Part shown: piece by piece, positions 40,911 to 50,470 of the stretch | How the letters are laid out: each line of letters opens with the position of its first letter | Position numbering within the stretch: position 1 is the stretch's first letter | Origin: Candidatus Sulfomarinibacteraceae bacterium | GTDB taxonomy: Bacteria; Acidobacteriota; Thermoanaerobaculia; Thermoanaerobaculales; Sulfomarinibacteraceae | DNA length: 64,000 nt | Reading direction: 5' to 3' | NCBI GenBank assembly: GCA_963796455.1 | Contig: CAWCLO010000004.1 | Coordinates: 512,001 to 576,000, forward strand | The notes under the pieces: generated by a model | What the model was told of the DNA's origin: nothing | What the model saw: only the letters and a program-made list of their open reading frames with translations | Databases searched by the model: none | Program-made: the position numbers and the translations under genes

Positions 40911-43652
40911 ATGATCGAGACCGGACAGACTCTGCTGCACTACCGCATCATCGACAAGATCGGAGAGGGCGGGATGGGGGTCGTGTGGCGTGCCGAAGAC
41001 ACCTCGCTGGGCCGAGAGGTCGCGATCAAGGTTCTTCCGCCAAACTGGGCCGGCGATGCCGAGAGGCTTGAACGGTTTGAACGCGAGGCGCGGCTGCTGG
41101 CATCACTGAATCACCCGAACGTCGCCACGGTTCATGGGCTGCACGAAGCCGATACCAAAGCTGGAACGGTGCGGTTCATCGCCATGGAGTTGGTGCCGGG
41201 CGAGGACCTGGCCGAGCGCTTGAAGCGCGGCCCGCTCGACCTCGAGTTGGCGCTCGAGACGGCGCGCCGGATCGCTCGGGGTCTCGAGGCCGCCCACGCG
41301 GCCGGCGTCGTGCACCGCGACCTCAAACCGGCCAATATCCGGGTGACGCCCGACGGCAAGATCAAGGTGCTCGATTTCGGTCTGGCCAAGGGCGCATTGT
41401 CCGAGATCTCAGGCGACCCCGAATTGTCGCCGACCCTGACCTCCGCGGGCACGCAGGCCGGCGTCGTGCTGGGGACGGCAGCCTATATGAGCCCTGAGCA
41501 GGCGAAGGGCCACTCGGTGGACCGGCGGGCCGACATCTGGGCCTTTGGTGTCGTGCTGTTCGAGATGCTGACCGGCTCCGGGGCCTTTCGAGGCGACAGC
41601 ATTGCCGACACGATGGCTTCGGTGCTCAAGCTCGAGCCCGATTTCGAAAGGTTGCCGCCCGACACACCGGCTGGCGTTCGGCGCGTGCTGCGACGTTGCC
41701 TGCAGAAAGACCCGGATCGGCGTCTCCACTCCATTTCGGACGCGCGGATCGAGATCGAGGAAGCAGGACTCGATGCCTCACCGGACGGCGCGGAAAATGC
41801 GCACTCCGGCGACGGGGAGCATGCCGCACCTCGGAGAGGGCTCGCTCTCCCACTGTTGGCGGCCGCAGGGGTGGGGCTGGTCGTCGGCGCGCTCATCTGG
41901 TACATGGTTGGCCGGGGCGGGCCGTCAATCGACACCAGCGGTGACGGCCGTGTCCATCGTTCCGTCATACCATTGCCCGTCGGCAAGCCCCTCAACCACG
42001 GCAACAGCGTCGCCATCTCTCGCGACGGTTCGGTGTTGGTCATAGCTGCTGGGCTCGACGACGAATCGCATCTGTATCGTCGTCGCCTCGACACGTTCGA
42101 GATGGAGTTGATACCGGGTTCTGAAGGGGCCAGGTTTCCGTTCTTTTCGCCCGGTGGCGAGAAGGTGGGTTTTTTTGCCGGCGGCGAGATGAAGATCGTC
42201 TCGTCGCGTGGTAGCGGAAACGATGTCACGGTGGTGGGCGATGTGCCGGTCTCGAGGAACGGTGCCTGGGACGCCAGCGGTTGGATCTACTTCACCTATG
42301 GAGAGAGTCGTCTGGCTCGCGTCCGCCAGGAGGGAGGTGATCCGCAGGAACTCGGAGAAATCGGAGACGTTTACTCGATGCAGGCCCTCCCCGATGGGCG
42401 CGGAATCCTGCTCGCGATTATGACTGCCGGTTCCCCGACGCTACGCCAGGACACCGGGACGATCGTCGTCCTCGATCTTGACGGCAAGACCGTCACGCCT
42501 GTTCTCGATGGTGGATACAGGGCTCGATATCTCGAGAGCGGACACCTGATTTTCATACGCGGCGGCGGGTTGTTCGCGATTCCATTTGATCTGGATCGCC
42601 TCGAGGTCACGCCTCCCGCGGTCAGCGTGCAGCCCGATGTGTGGGTTGATTCGATCTGGGGCCAGTCGCGATATGACGTCTCTCCCTCCGGGACGCTGGT
42701 CTATGCAGCCGGGGGTGATTTCGCGTGGACCGTGCCCACCTGGGTTGATTTGGAATCCGGAGTCGAGGAGCCGCTGCCCATTCCTCCCGGCGTGTACAAC
42801 AATTTCAGTCTTTCACCCGACGGTACGCATTTGGCAATCCAGAACGCCAGCGGTGCGCAGGATCAGGTCTATGTCTACGACGCAGGGCGGCGGAACTTTT
42901 CGCGGCTCACCCTGGAGGGCACCAACACAAACCCGATCTGGTCGCACGACGGGCGCGAGGTGTTCTTCGCTTCGAGACGTGACGGTAAGGGCGGCCACTT
43001 ATATCGCAAACCGGCTGATGGCAGCGCACCGGCATCGCGAATGCTGACCGATGAGCAGGAGGCGCTCATCGTGACCGGCGTTCGCCATCCCACTTCGGTC
43101 ACTCCGGATGGAGAATTTCTGCTGTTGTTCACCTGGGGCCATCCGGCTCGGGGTGGGGATGTGTGGAAAGTTCCGCTTCGCGGTTCGGGCGATCCGGAAG
43201 CATTGTTGGCCTCCGATGCAAACGAGATCATCCCGAAGGTCTCGCCCGACGGAAAATGGTTGGCCTACCTCACGGATCGAACCGGGCCCTATCGGATCAT
43301 GGTGCGGCCGTTTCCGGATGTGGAGCGGCGTCAATGGGTCATTTCCGCGGGCGGTGGCTTCGATCCCCTCTGGTCGCCGCGCGGCGATGCGTTGCTGTAC
43401 CGGGAGGGCTTCGGGCGTTTGCTGCGGGTGACGGTCAGCGATGGGGGAGAGTTTGCCCCGGGGGTTGCCCGGGAGTTGATCGAGATCAGTTTCCACGACG
43501 CGGCAGGATCTTCGTTTGCCGTGTCCCCGGACGGAAAAAGGGTGTTGGTCAACAAACCGGTGGATGTTTCGATCTGGGATGAAACTCCGATCTCATTGGT
43601 CACCGGTTGGGGGGCGGAGGTGACAGCAGCGGTTGGAGCGGGAGTGAATTGA
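40911..43652 (+). CDS. Ser/Thr protein kinase-TM-TolB/PD40 propeller protein
   Basis: [28 protein letters not shown] segment LPLLAAAGVGLVVGALIW; SPDG repeats; intact 913 aa. Confidence 0.93.
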   Translation: MIETGQTLLHYRIIDKIGEGGMGVVWRAEDTSLGREVAIKVLPPNWAGDAERLERFEREARLLASLNHPNVATVHGLHEADTKAGTVRFIAMELVPGEDLAERLKRGPLDLELALETARRIARGLEAAHAAGVVHRDLKPANIRVTPDGKIKVLDFGLAKGALSEISGDPELSPTLTSAGTQAGVVLGTAAYMSPEQAKGHSVDRRADIWAFGVVLFEMLTGSGAFRGDSIADTMASVLKLEPDFERLPPDTPAGVRRVLRRCLQKDPDRRLHSISDARIEIEEAGLDASPDGAENAHSGDGEHAAPRRGLALPLLAAAGVGLVVGALIWYMVGRGGPSIDTSGDGRVHRSVIPLPVGKPLNHGNSVAISRDGSVLVIAAGLDDESHLYRRRLDTFEMELIPGSEGARFPFFSPGGEKVGFFAGGEMKIVSSRGSGNDVTVVGDVPVSRNGAWDASGWIYFTYGESRLARVRQEGGDPQELGEIGDVYSMQALPDGRGILLAIMTAGSPTLRQDTGTIVVLDLDGKTVTPVLDGGYRARYLESGHLIFIRGGGLFAIPFDLDRLEVTPPAVSVQPDVWVDSIWGQSRYDVSPSGTLVYAAGGDFAWTVPTWVDLESGVEEPLPIPPGVYNNFSLSPDGTHLAIQNASGAQDQVYVYDAGRRNFSRLTLEGTNTNPIWSHDGREVFFASRRDGKGGHLYRKPADGSAPASRMLTDEQEALIVTGVRHPTSVTPDGEFLLLFTWGHPARGGDVWKVPLRGSGDPEALLASDANEIIPKVSPDGKWLAYLTDRTGPYRIMVRPFPDVERRQWVISAGGGFDPLWSPRGDALLYREGFGRLLRVTVSDGGEFAPGVARELIEISFHDAAGSSFAVSPDGKRVLVNKPVDVSIWDETPISLVTGWGAEVTAAVGAGVN

Positions 43653-43726
43653 ATCGTGATCGGAAACTCGAGAGGATTCTCCGACGCGCTCCCATTCGGA
43701 CCGTTTCTCGCAAGCAGCTGATATCT

Positions 43727-44698
43727 CTACAGGGCCTCATCGGCGATGACCGTGGCGACGCCGCCTCGAAGCTCGAGCACCGCCGGGCTGCCGCCGTAAT
43801 GCTCTGCCAGGCCCACGTCGACGCGCCACACCATTTCTCCACAGGCCGACGAGATCCCCGCCTTACTGACAGTGTGGCCGACCACCATCCGGCGGGCGTT
43901 CAGGGAGTCGAGGACACCTTCGAGCAGGCGGCAATCCTCGACATCCGGTTCGTCGGAATAGTGCCGGCTCCAGACCGGGCCGTCTGATGCCAGGAGGATG
44001 TCCGGTGGGTACCGCCGGTCGGCCCGGATCCAGGCCCGGGATTCCTGATTGAGACGCTCGATGCCGTAGTCCACTACACGGGGCACCACGCCGCCGTGGA
44101 CGAAAACCGTGTCACCGACGATGGTGATGACGTTGCGGTCGAGCAGCCGTCTTGCGAAGGGCTTGCCCGGACGGACGGCCCTCAGCCGCTCGTGAACCGC
44201 CTCCACTACGAGCTGCGGATCCACAGTCTCCGGATCGGCAACGGGCGTCGGCAGAAAATCGAGGAATCCACCGAGGGTCACATAGCGGAGGTCCTGCTTG
44301 ACGTTCATCAATTCGTGGTTGCCGTTGAGCACGTGCACTGCGCCGCCGGCGGCTCGCGCCTGCACGGTCAGAGCCTCGAGAAGATCGAGGATCTCGAATT
44401 CGTCGTCGCCGCGGTCGAGTTGGTCCCCGGTCTGCACCAGCACCATCGTGCCGCCGGCCCATTGATCGTGCTCGTCGATGGCTCCGGCGAGCCGCAGCGC
44501 GGTTCGAGTGGCGGCCAGATCTCCGTGCAGGTCTCCTACGGCCACGATCCGTTCGGCCGGAGGATAACGCGTTGGAAGATCCAGCGCTTCAGTCGCGGGT
44601 GCCTCAGGCGTCTCCGGTCTTGCGCAGGAAACCAGCATGGCGGCCAAGAAGATCAAGAGGAGGGGAGCGGGAACGCCACGTCGCTTTTCGATATTCAT
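43727..44698 (-). CDS. Metallophosphoesterase, Shewanella-like PPP phosphatase, lipoprotein
   Basis: GDLHGD, GDQLDRG, GNHE, HGG, GPVWSR, VVGHT, RVDVG; lipobox LVSC. Start set at MNIEKRR. Confidence 0.88.
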   Translation of the reverse strand: MNIEKRRGVPAPLLLIFLAAMLVSCARPETPEAPATEALDLPTRYPPAERIVAVGDLHGDLAATRTALRLAGAIDEHDQWAGGTMVLVQTGDQLDRGDDEFEILDLLEALTVQARAAGGAVHVLNGNHELMNVKQDLRYVTLGGFLDFLPTPVADPETVDPQLVVEAVHERLRAVRPGKPFARRLLDRNVITIVGDTVFVHGGVVPRVVDYGIERLNQESRAWIRADRRYPPDILLASDGPVWSRHYSDEPDVEDCRLLEGVLDSLNARRMVVGHTVSKAGISSACGEMVWRVDVGLAEHYGGSPAVLELRGGVATVIADEAL

Positions 44699-45005
44699 CG
44701 TCTGGGATGATACCCCCGAACGGCCGCGTGGTCTTCCGTCGATTTTGACCGGAAGACGGGAAGGGTCATTCCGGTTTTCATCGTTTTCGTTGCGGCCGGC
44801 ATGGCACAAAACGCTGCATCCAGGGCAAGGGACCGCGAAAAACTGGATCGGTGATTTGACGGCGTAGGGTCATTTTTCGGCACAAAACCGTCTTCGCCCT
44901 GAAGATCTCTGGAAACTCTGGCGGTGGGGAGGCGTAGGATGAAGCGGGCAGAGGCCTGTCTCATGACGTCATCGGCCCGAGCCTGAGCAATTTCGACCAG
45001 GGGGT

Positions 45006-46949
45006 ATGACGATGCGGGTTATCGACAATTCCGGACTGAAGATTCTTGTTGTGACGCTATGCCTTGCTCTCGCAACCGTTGTTGCGGTTGCTGCGGACAA
45101 CACCCTCCCAACGGTGACGCCCGACTCCAATACCGATCGCAGCGCCATCCCTGATGTCTACAAATGGGACCTGACGCCGCTCTTCGAGTCGGACCAGGCA
45201 TGGGATGCGGCGCGTCTCGACCTCCTGGCCAAAACAAAAAGTCTCGCGCAGTACGAGGGTAAACTGGCAGATCCCGCCGCTCTGACCGCCGCTCTCGAGC
45301 TCTATTTCCGCCTTCATTCCGATGCGAATTTCGTGACTCTCTACGCCAATCTCCGCCAGAGCACCGCTCTTTCGGACGCGGAGGCCAATTCGATGGTGCA
45401 ACGAAGCCTTGCCGCCATGGATCAGCTGATGGCCGCGGCGGCATTCATTCGGCGCGAGGTCTTGGCACTCAGTTCCGAGAGCCTGACGGCTGCCTACGCC
45501 GCAGAGCCCGCCCTGGCCGACTACCGTCCCTACCTCGACAATCTTCGACGGCGGGCGGACCGGCTGCTTTCCCCCGATGCCGAACGCGCCCTCGCCATCC
45601 TTGGTGACAATCTGTGGGCCGAGATCGACCTCAACGAAATTCCCTCGCCGTCGGAAGACACATTCGGTGCTCTGCTCACCGACATCCCGTGGCCCATGAT
45701 TACCGACGAACAGGGCGACAAGGTCCAGCTCAACCTCTCCAACTATTCCCGCTACCGGGCCTCGGCCGATCGCGAGGTTCGACGCGAGGCGGTGGCCGCG
45801 ATGTTCGGTACGCTGCGCCAATTCCAGCATGCTCTCGCCGCGACCCTTTCCGGTCAGTTTCAGTTCGATGTGGATCTGGCGGCCGCCCGGGGATATGACA
45901 CCGCCCTCGAGGCCTATCTGGACAAGGACGACATCGCGCTGGCGGTCTACAACAATCTCGTGTCCACCATCAATGCCAATCTGCCGTTGCTTCATCGCTA
46001 TGTCGAACTGCGGAAAAAGACTCTCGGGCTCGAGGACATCCACATCTACGATCTGTATATCCCACTCGCCAAGGGTGTCGACACCGAGGTTCCATTTGCC
46101 GAGGCCCGGCCCCTCATCATCGCTGCCCTCGAACCTCTGGGCGAGGAGTACGGCAAGGTCCTCGTCAACGGCCTCGATCCCGCCAACGGGTGGATGGATC
46201 TCTATCCGCACAAGGACAAACGCAGTGGCGCCTTTTCGGCCTCGGTCCACGGCCCGCACCCGTATGTGTTCATGAACTACCAGGATTCAATCGATGACAT
46301 GTCCACCCTCGCGCACGAATTCGGCCATGCCCTGCACTCGGAACTGGCGATGAAAGCCCAGCCCTACTCGAGCTTCCGCTACGCGCCCTTCCTCGCGGAG
46401 ATCGCCTCCACGTGCAACGAGGTGCTGTTGTCCGACTATCTGGTCAATCGATCCACCGACCCGGCCGAAAAGGCGTCACTGCTGGTCGAACGGCTCGAGA
46501 CCATCCGCAGCACGATTTTCCGCCAGACCATGTTCGCCGAATTCGAACAGAAGGTGCACGGCTTTGTCGAAGAAGGGACGCCGCTGACGGCGACCCTCCT
46601 CGAGGCCACCTACCGCGATCTGGTCCAGCGCTACTACGGGCCCGGGTACACCGTCGACAAAGATGACGGCATGGAGTGGGCCTACATTCCGCACTTCTAT
46701 TACAAGTACTACGTCTACTCCTACGCCACCGGGCTCACCAGCGGTATCGCCATCGCCGATCGGGTCAAGACCCTCGGCGAACCGGCGGCAGCGGCCTTCC
46801 TCGCCATGCTCGAAGGAGGCGCCTCCGCGCCGCCTCTCGAACTTCTGGCCGGGGCCGGTGTGGATCTCACCAAACCCGATGCCCTCAGCGCGGCGATGAA
46901 AATGTTCGAGGAGACCCTCGACGAGGTCGAAAGGCTGATGGCCGAGTAG
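45006..46949 (+). CDS. pepF: Oligoendopeptidase F (M3B) with signal peptide
   Basis: YKWDLTPLF, KRSGAFS, TLAHEFGHALHS, FLAEIAST, FRQTMFAEFE, IPHFYYKYYVYSYATG. Confidence 0.92.
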   Translation: MTMRVIDNSGLKILVVTLCLALATVVAVAADNTLPTVTPDSNTDRSAIPDVYKWDLTPLFESDQAWDAARLDLLAKTKSLAQYEGKLADPAALTAALELYFRLHSDANFVTLYANLRQSTALSDAEANSMVQRSLAAMDQLMAAAAFIRREVLALSSESLTAAYAAEPALADYRPYLDNLRRRADRLLSPDAERALAILGDNLWAEIDLNEIPSPSEDTFGALLTDIPWPMITDEQGDKVQLNLSNYSRYRASADREVRREAVAAMFGTLRQFQHALAATLSGQFQFDVDLAAARGYDTALEAYLDKDDIALAVYNNLVSTINANLPLLHRYVELRKKTLGLEDIHIYDLYIPLAKGVDTEVPFAEARPLIIAALEPLGEEYGKVLVNGLDPANGWMDLYPHKDKRSGAFSASVHGPHPYVFMNYQDSIDDMSTLAHEFGHALHSELAMKAQPYSSFRYAPFLAEIASTCNEVLLSDYLVNRSTDPAEKASLLVERLETIRSTIFRQTMFAEFEQKVHGFVEEGTPLTATLLEATYRDLVQRYYGPGYTVDKDDGMEWAYIPHFYYKYYVYSYATGLTSGIAIADRVKTLGEPAAAAFLAMLEGGASAPPLELLAGAGVDLTKPDALSAAMKMFEETLDEVERLMAE

Positions 46950-46975
46950 AGAATCGTCGCGCCGTTGTCTGCGAC

Positions 46976-47452
46976 CTATTCGGGTCTATTCTCCTTGGTT
47001 GGGGGACCGAGGGGGCTCGGCGCGCAACCGGTGCGCTGCACCGTGTAGGTGCCGCCAGTGATCTTCCACTGCCCGTCAATATTCATGAGGTTGAAGGCAT
47101 CGACGCCGCAGTGGCTGAAATCGCCGTTGATATGGAAATCGTAGGGTGTCCAGACGGTCGCGATATCCCCGTCGATCCGAACCTCCGGTTCCCACATGCG
47201 CTCCAGCCAGTCGTCCTCGGCGGTTGCAAGGTCGGCGAGATACTGCTGATTGTTCGAGGCGCGAACGACCTTTTCTCCGCCAACGGTGCGCACCGAAAAG
47301 AAGAGACCCTCGGGCACCAGAACCTGCTCCGCACCCGCTACATCTTTTATGGCCATGGTGTCGAAGAACTGTTGCACCGCTGCAAGTACGGCTTCTTCTT
47401 CGGACGAAGCGGCAAGGGAAGCCATGAGAGCGATGACGATCAGAACGGTCAT
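46976..47452 (-). CDS. NTF2/SnoaL-like exported protein
   Basis: AVQQFFDTM, EVRIDGDIATVWTPYDF..FSHCGVDAFNL..WKI. Confidence 0.85.
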   Translation of the reverse strand: MTVLIVIALMASLAASSEEEAVLAAVQQFFDTMAIKDVAGAEQVLVPEGLFFSVRTVGGEKVVRASNNQQYLADLATAEDDWLERMWEPEVRIDGDIATVWTPYDFHINGDFSHCGVDAFNLMNIDGQWKITGGTYTVQRTGCAPSPLGPPTKENRPE

Positions 47453-47641
47453 GAGATTCCTCCAAACGATTCAGGCAACGGGGGCAGCCTCGTCCCCTAG
47501 GATTCTATAGCTTCCAACGATTGTGGCCGGAACTCGAGGCCGGAATTTTCGGAGTTCGTCGAAGTTTGTAACGGGTTACATTGCTCATCGCAATCAATGA
47601 ACACGATGAGACTCCCGCAGGGGACGAAGGAGGGGAAGACT

Positions 47642-48121
47642 ATGGTGAGAAAAACCGGCGTTACATTCGTGATTGGGTTCGCGCTCGTCGTCGCTTCTAC
47701 CAATGCTCAGGCACAATCGCTGGAGGCCGCGCTTCCGGACGGTGTCGATCAGGTTGTGCACCGGGCTGGGGAAATCCAGTGGGGACCCTGTCCGCCGGGA
47801 CCTCTTGCAGGGGACGGGTGCCGGATGGGTGTCCTCGAGGGGGATCCGAACGCGGAACAGCTATTCACTTTTCGGGTTCGCGTGACCGAGCCCTTTGTGC
47901 TGGCTGCTCATACTCACCCGCGCAACGAGCGGGTCACGGTCCTCGAGGGCGCCGTGTACGTCGGTTTCGGGGACACCCTCGACAAAGCGGCAAGTACCCG
48001 ATTCGAAGCCGGCGACTACTACGTCAACCGGGCCGGAGCCGCCCATTTCGTCTGGAGCGACGAACCGGTGACCCTCCAGCTCACCGGGATCGGGCCGTGG
48101 GCTATCCATCCCCTCGAGTGA
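47642..48121 (+). CDS. Cupin domain protein, exported
   Basis: VLEGDP, AHTHPRNERVTVLEG, AGDYY..AAHF, GIGPW; signal peptide; RBS GGAGGGG. Confidence 0.85.
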   Translation: MVRKTGVTFVIGFALVVASTNAQAQSLEAALPDGVDQVVHRAGEIQWGPCPPGPLAGDGCRMGVLEGDPNAEQLFTFRVRVTEPFVLAAHTHPRNERVTVLEGAVYVGFGDTLDKAASTRFEAGDYYVNRAGAAHFVWSDEPVTLQLTGIGPWAIHPLE

Positions 48122-48335
48122 GCCGATCATCTACTGGGGGGTTCGTGCTAAATTCGGACAACGCAAACGGAATTCCCTACCCTTGATCCGCCGTTGACGA
48201 TGGTGGCGAACAAACCGGTGGATGTTTTGAAACGGGACGAGACGCCGTTCTCGCTCGACTGCTGGTGGGGCGCGGAAATGTCGGACTTGGTCGGCGCGAA
48301 AACGAACTGATTCGGGAAGCAGGAGCAGGACTCGA

Positions 48336-50153
48336 ATGGACTATCACGCATGGATCGCCATCGCCACATTGGTCGTGGCCATGGTGCTCTTCATCAGCAA
48401 GCTGATACCTCTGGAAGCCACCGCCCTTTCGATTCCGGTGATTCTGGCGATCACCGGGACCGTCAACCCGGCTGAAGCCGCCCTGCGAGGATTCGGCAAC
48501 AACGCGGTGATCGCCCTCGGGGCGATTTTCGTGCTGTCGGCCGGGCTCAAAGAAAGCGGGGTCGCGACCTTGATGGGGCGACTCCTCGAAACGATCGGCG
48601 GCAAAACCGAGGGACGCCTGGTTCTCCTCATCATGATCACGACCGCCGTTCTTTCTGCGGTCATGTCGAATGCTGCCACGGTGGCGGTGTTCCTGCCGGC
48701 TGTCATGGTGCTCTCCCGCAACGCGAAGATCTCTCCATCGCGTCTGTTGATGCCTCTCGGATATGCGGCCATTCTCGGCGGTACCCTGACCCTGATTTCC
48801 ACCACTCCAAACCTCATCCTGGGCAGTGAGCTCGAACGACTCAGCGGGGGAGAGCGGACCCTCGGCATGTTCGAATTCGCGCTCGTCGGCATTCCGATCA
48901 CGGTGGTAGGCATCGCCTACATGGCTCTTATCGGTACCAGGTTGCTCCGCCGGCGCGGCACGGATGAAGAAACGGAAAGGGAAGGTTTTCGGGATCGGGT
49001 TCAAAGACAGTATCGATTCCAGAAAAAGCTCTTCCGAATGAAGGTTCCGTTCGGATCTAAGCTGGCCGGCAAAACCATTGCCCAGGCAAATCTTGGAAAG
49101 CAGCACCAGCTCGAGGTGGTGCAGATCCGCCGTACCACAGGCGTCAGGGAAAGATATCTGGATGTTCAGGCCGACCTGACCATCACCACCGGTGATGAAC
49201 TGATCGTTGAAGGATGGGAGGCCGATGCGGAACGGCTTGCCGCAGATCATTCGATCCTGATCGAAGCGGCCGCTGAAGGCGAGATCGACCGGCTCATGGG
49301 GCGCGGAATCAACATGGCCGAAATCACCCTTTCGCCCCACTCGGATTTCCTCGGGCGCACCCTTACCGAGATCGGTTTTCGGAACACCTTCGGTCTCTCG
49401 GTCCTCGCCATCTGGAGACGCGGCGAACCGATCGAAAAGGGCCTGGCTGAGATCCCGCTGGAGCTCGGCGACGCGCTGATCACCTACGGGCCCTTGAGGA
49501 GTATCGTCCGGCTCGACGAAAGCGATGACGTTGTCCTTCTGGACCGGCAAAGGACCGGTGAGGGGGAGGATGTTCGGCGCGCTCCGCTTGCGCTGCTCCT
49601 CCTGGCGGCCGCCCTCCTGCCACCGGTTCTCGGGTGGTACCCCCTCGCGGTCAGCGCACTCGCGAGCGCTCTCCTGATGGTGGGAACAGGGTGCGTCTCG
49701 CTTCGCGGCGCCCAGAAATCGGTGGACTACCAGATACTCTTTTTGATCATCGGGACCATCCCTCTGGGAGACGCGCTGTTCCAGACCGGGGTTGCCGGCA
49801 AGCTGGCAGCGACCCTCTTCCCGTCCGGGATGAGCCTCGGTAACATCTATGTGTTCGGGATGCTTTTTGCCATCTCGGCGATCCTCAGCACCACGTCGAA
49901 CAACGCGGCCGCGGCGGTCATCCTGGCACCGGTCGCCTACGCTGCGGCAGCCTCGAGCGGCGTTGATGTGGGCAAGACCTTCCTTGCGGTGGCCTATGGC
50001 GCGAGCTGTGCTTTTATCCTGCCCTTTGCCCACCAGTGCAATCTGATGATCATGGGCCCGGGTGGTTATCGCACCCGGGACTTCGCCAGGGTCGGCATTG
50101 GTCTTTCGATCCTGATGGGCATCACGGCTGTCACCTGTCTCGCTTTGCTCTAA
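48336..50153 (+). CDS. SLC13-family permease with TrkA-C (RCK_C) domains
   Basis: SAVMSNAATVA, SRLLMPLGYAAILGGTLTLISTTPNL, two soluble TrkA-C domains, SNNAAA, HQCNLMIMGPGGY. Confidence 0.92.
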   Translation: MDYHAWIAIATLVVAMVLFISKLIPLEATALSIPVILAITGTVNPAEAALRGFGNNAVIALGAIFVLSAGLKESGVATLMGRLLETIGGKTEGRLVLLIMITTAVLSAVMSNAATVAVFLPAVMVLSRNAKISPSRLLMPLGYAAILGGTLTLISTTPNLILGSELERLSGGERTLGMFEFALVGIPITVVGIAYMALIGTRLLRRRGTDEETEREGFRDRVQRQYRFQKKLFRMKVPFGSKLAGKTIAQANLGKQHQLEVVQIRRTTGVRERYLDVQADLTITTGDELIVEGWEADAERLAADHSILIEAAAEGEIDRLMGRGINMAEITLSPHSDFLGRTLTEIGFRNTFGLSVLAIWRRGEPIEKGLAEIPLELGDALITYGPLRSIVRLDESDDVVLLDRQRTGEGEDVRRAPLALLLLAAALLPPVLGWYPLAVSALASALLMVGTGCVSLRGAQKSVDYQILFLIIGTIPLGDALFQTGVAGKLAATLFPSGMSLGNIYVFGMLFAISAILSTTSNNAAAAVILAPVAYAAAASSGVDVGKTFLAVAYGASCAFILPFAHQCNLMIMGPGGYRTRDFARVGIGLSILMGITAVTCLALL

Positions 50154-50174
50154 ACCATGCAACGGCCAACGGCA

Positions 50175-50290
50175 GCGACGGCGTGGCTACCTCCGGGTCG
50201 TTAGAAGGAACAGCCGTGGTGGTGTAGGCGTCTCGCCTGCACACCGTGCGGCCGAGACGGCCGCACCACCAAGGCCGAAGCCCCGAAGAA
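50175..50290. repeat. Solitary REP-like double-palindrome module (inverted copy of 21604-21722)
   Basis: GGTGTAGGCGTCTCGCCTGCACACC-GTGCGGCCGAGACGGCCGCAC, plus flanks shared with the copy-2 core. Confidence 0.85.
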
Positions 50291-50356
50291 ATAAATTCTG
50301 TTCGCTGTCCGATACTTCCCACCTGGGCCGAGTGATCCAGGCAGCAGGACACACCT

Positions 50357-50384
50357 CTGAAGGTGGGCCTTGGCCCACCTTCAG
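50357..50384. repeat. Perfect palindrome (REP-like or bidirectional terminator)
   Basis: CTGAAGGTGGGCC-TT-GGCCCACCTTCAG between convergent genes; no U-tract. Confidence 0.6.
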
Positions 50385-50470
50385 GTCCATTCCTGATCGC
50401 TACCCGAGACTCCGTTTTGGACAAGGGTGGATTCCAGAGGAGTCTGCTCGCCTCGAACTGATTCGGCCGG

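Noticed and set aside
44802..44817. Sigma54-like TGGCAC..GC (also near 53143)
   Set aside because: GG-to-GC spacing is one base too long for the -24/-12 consensus.
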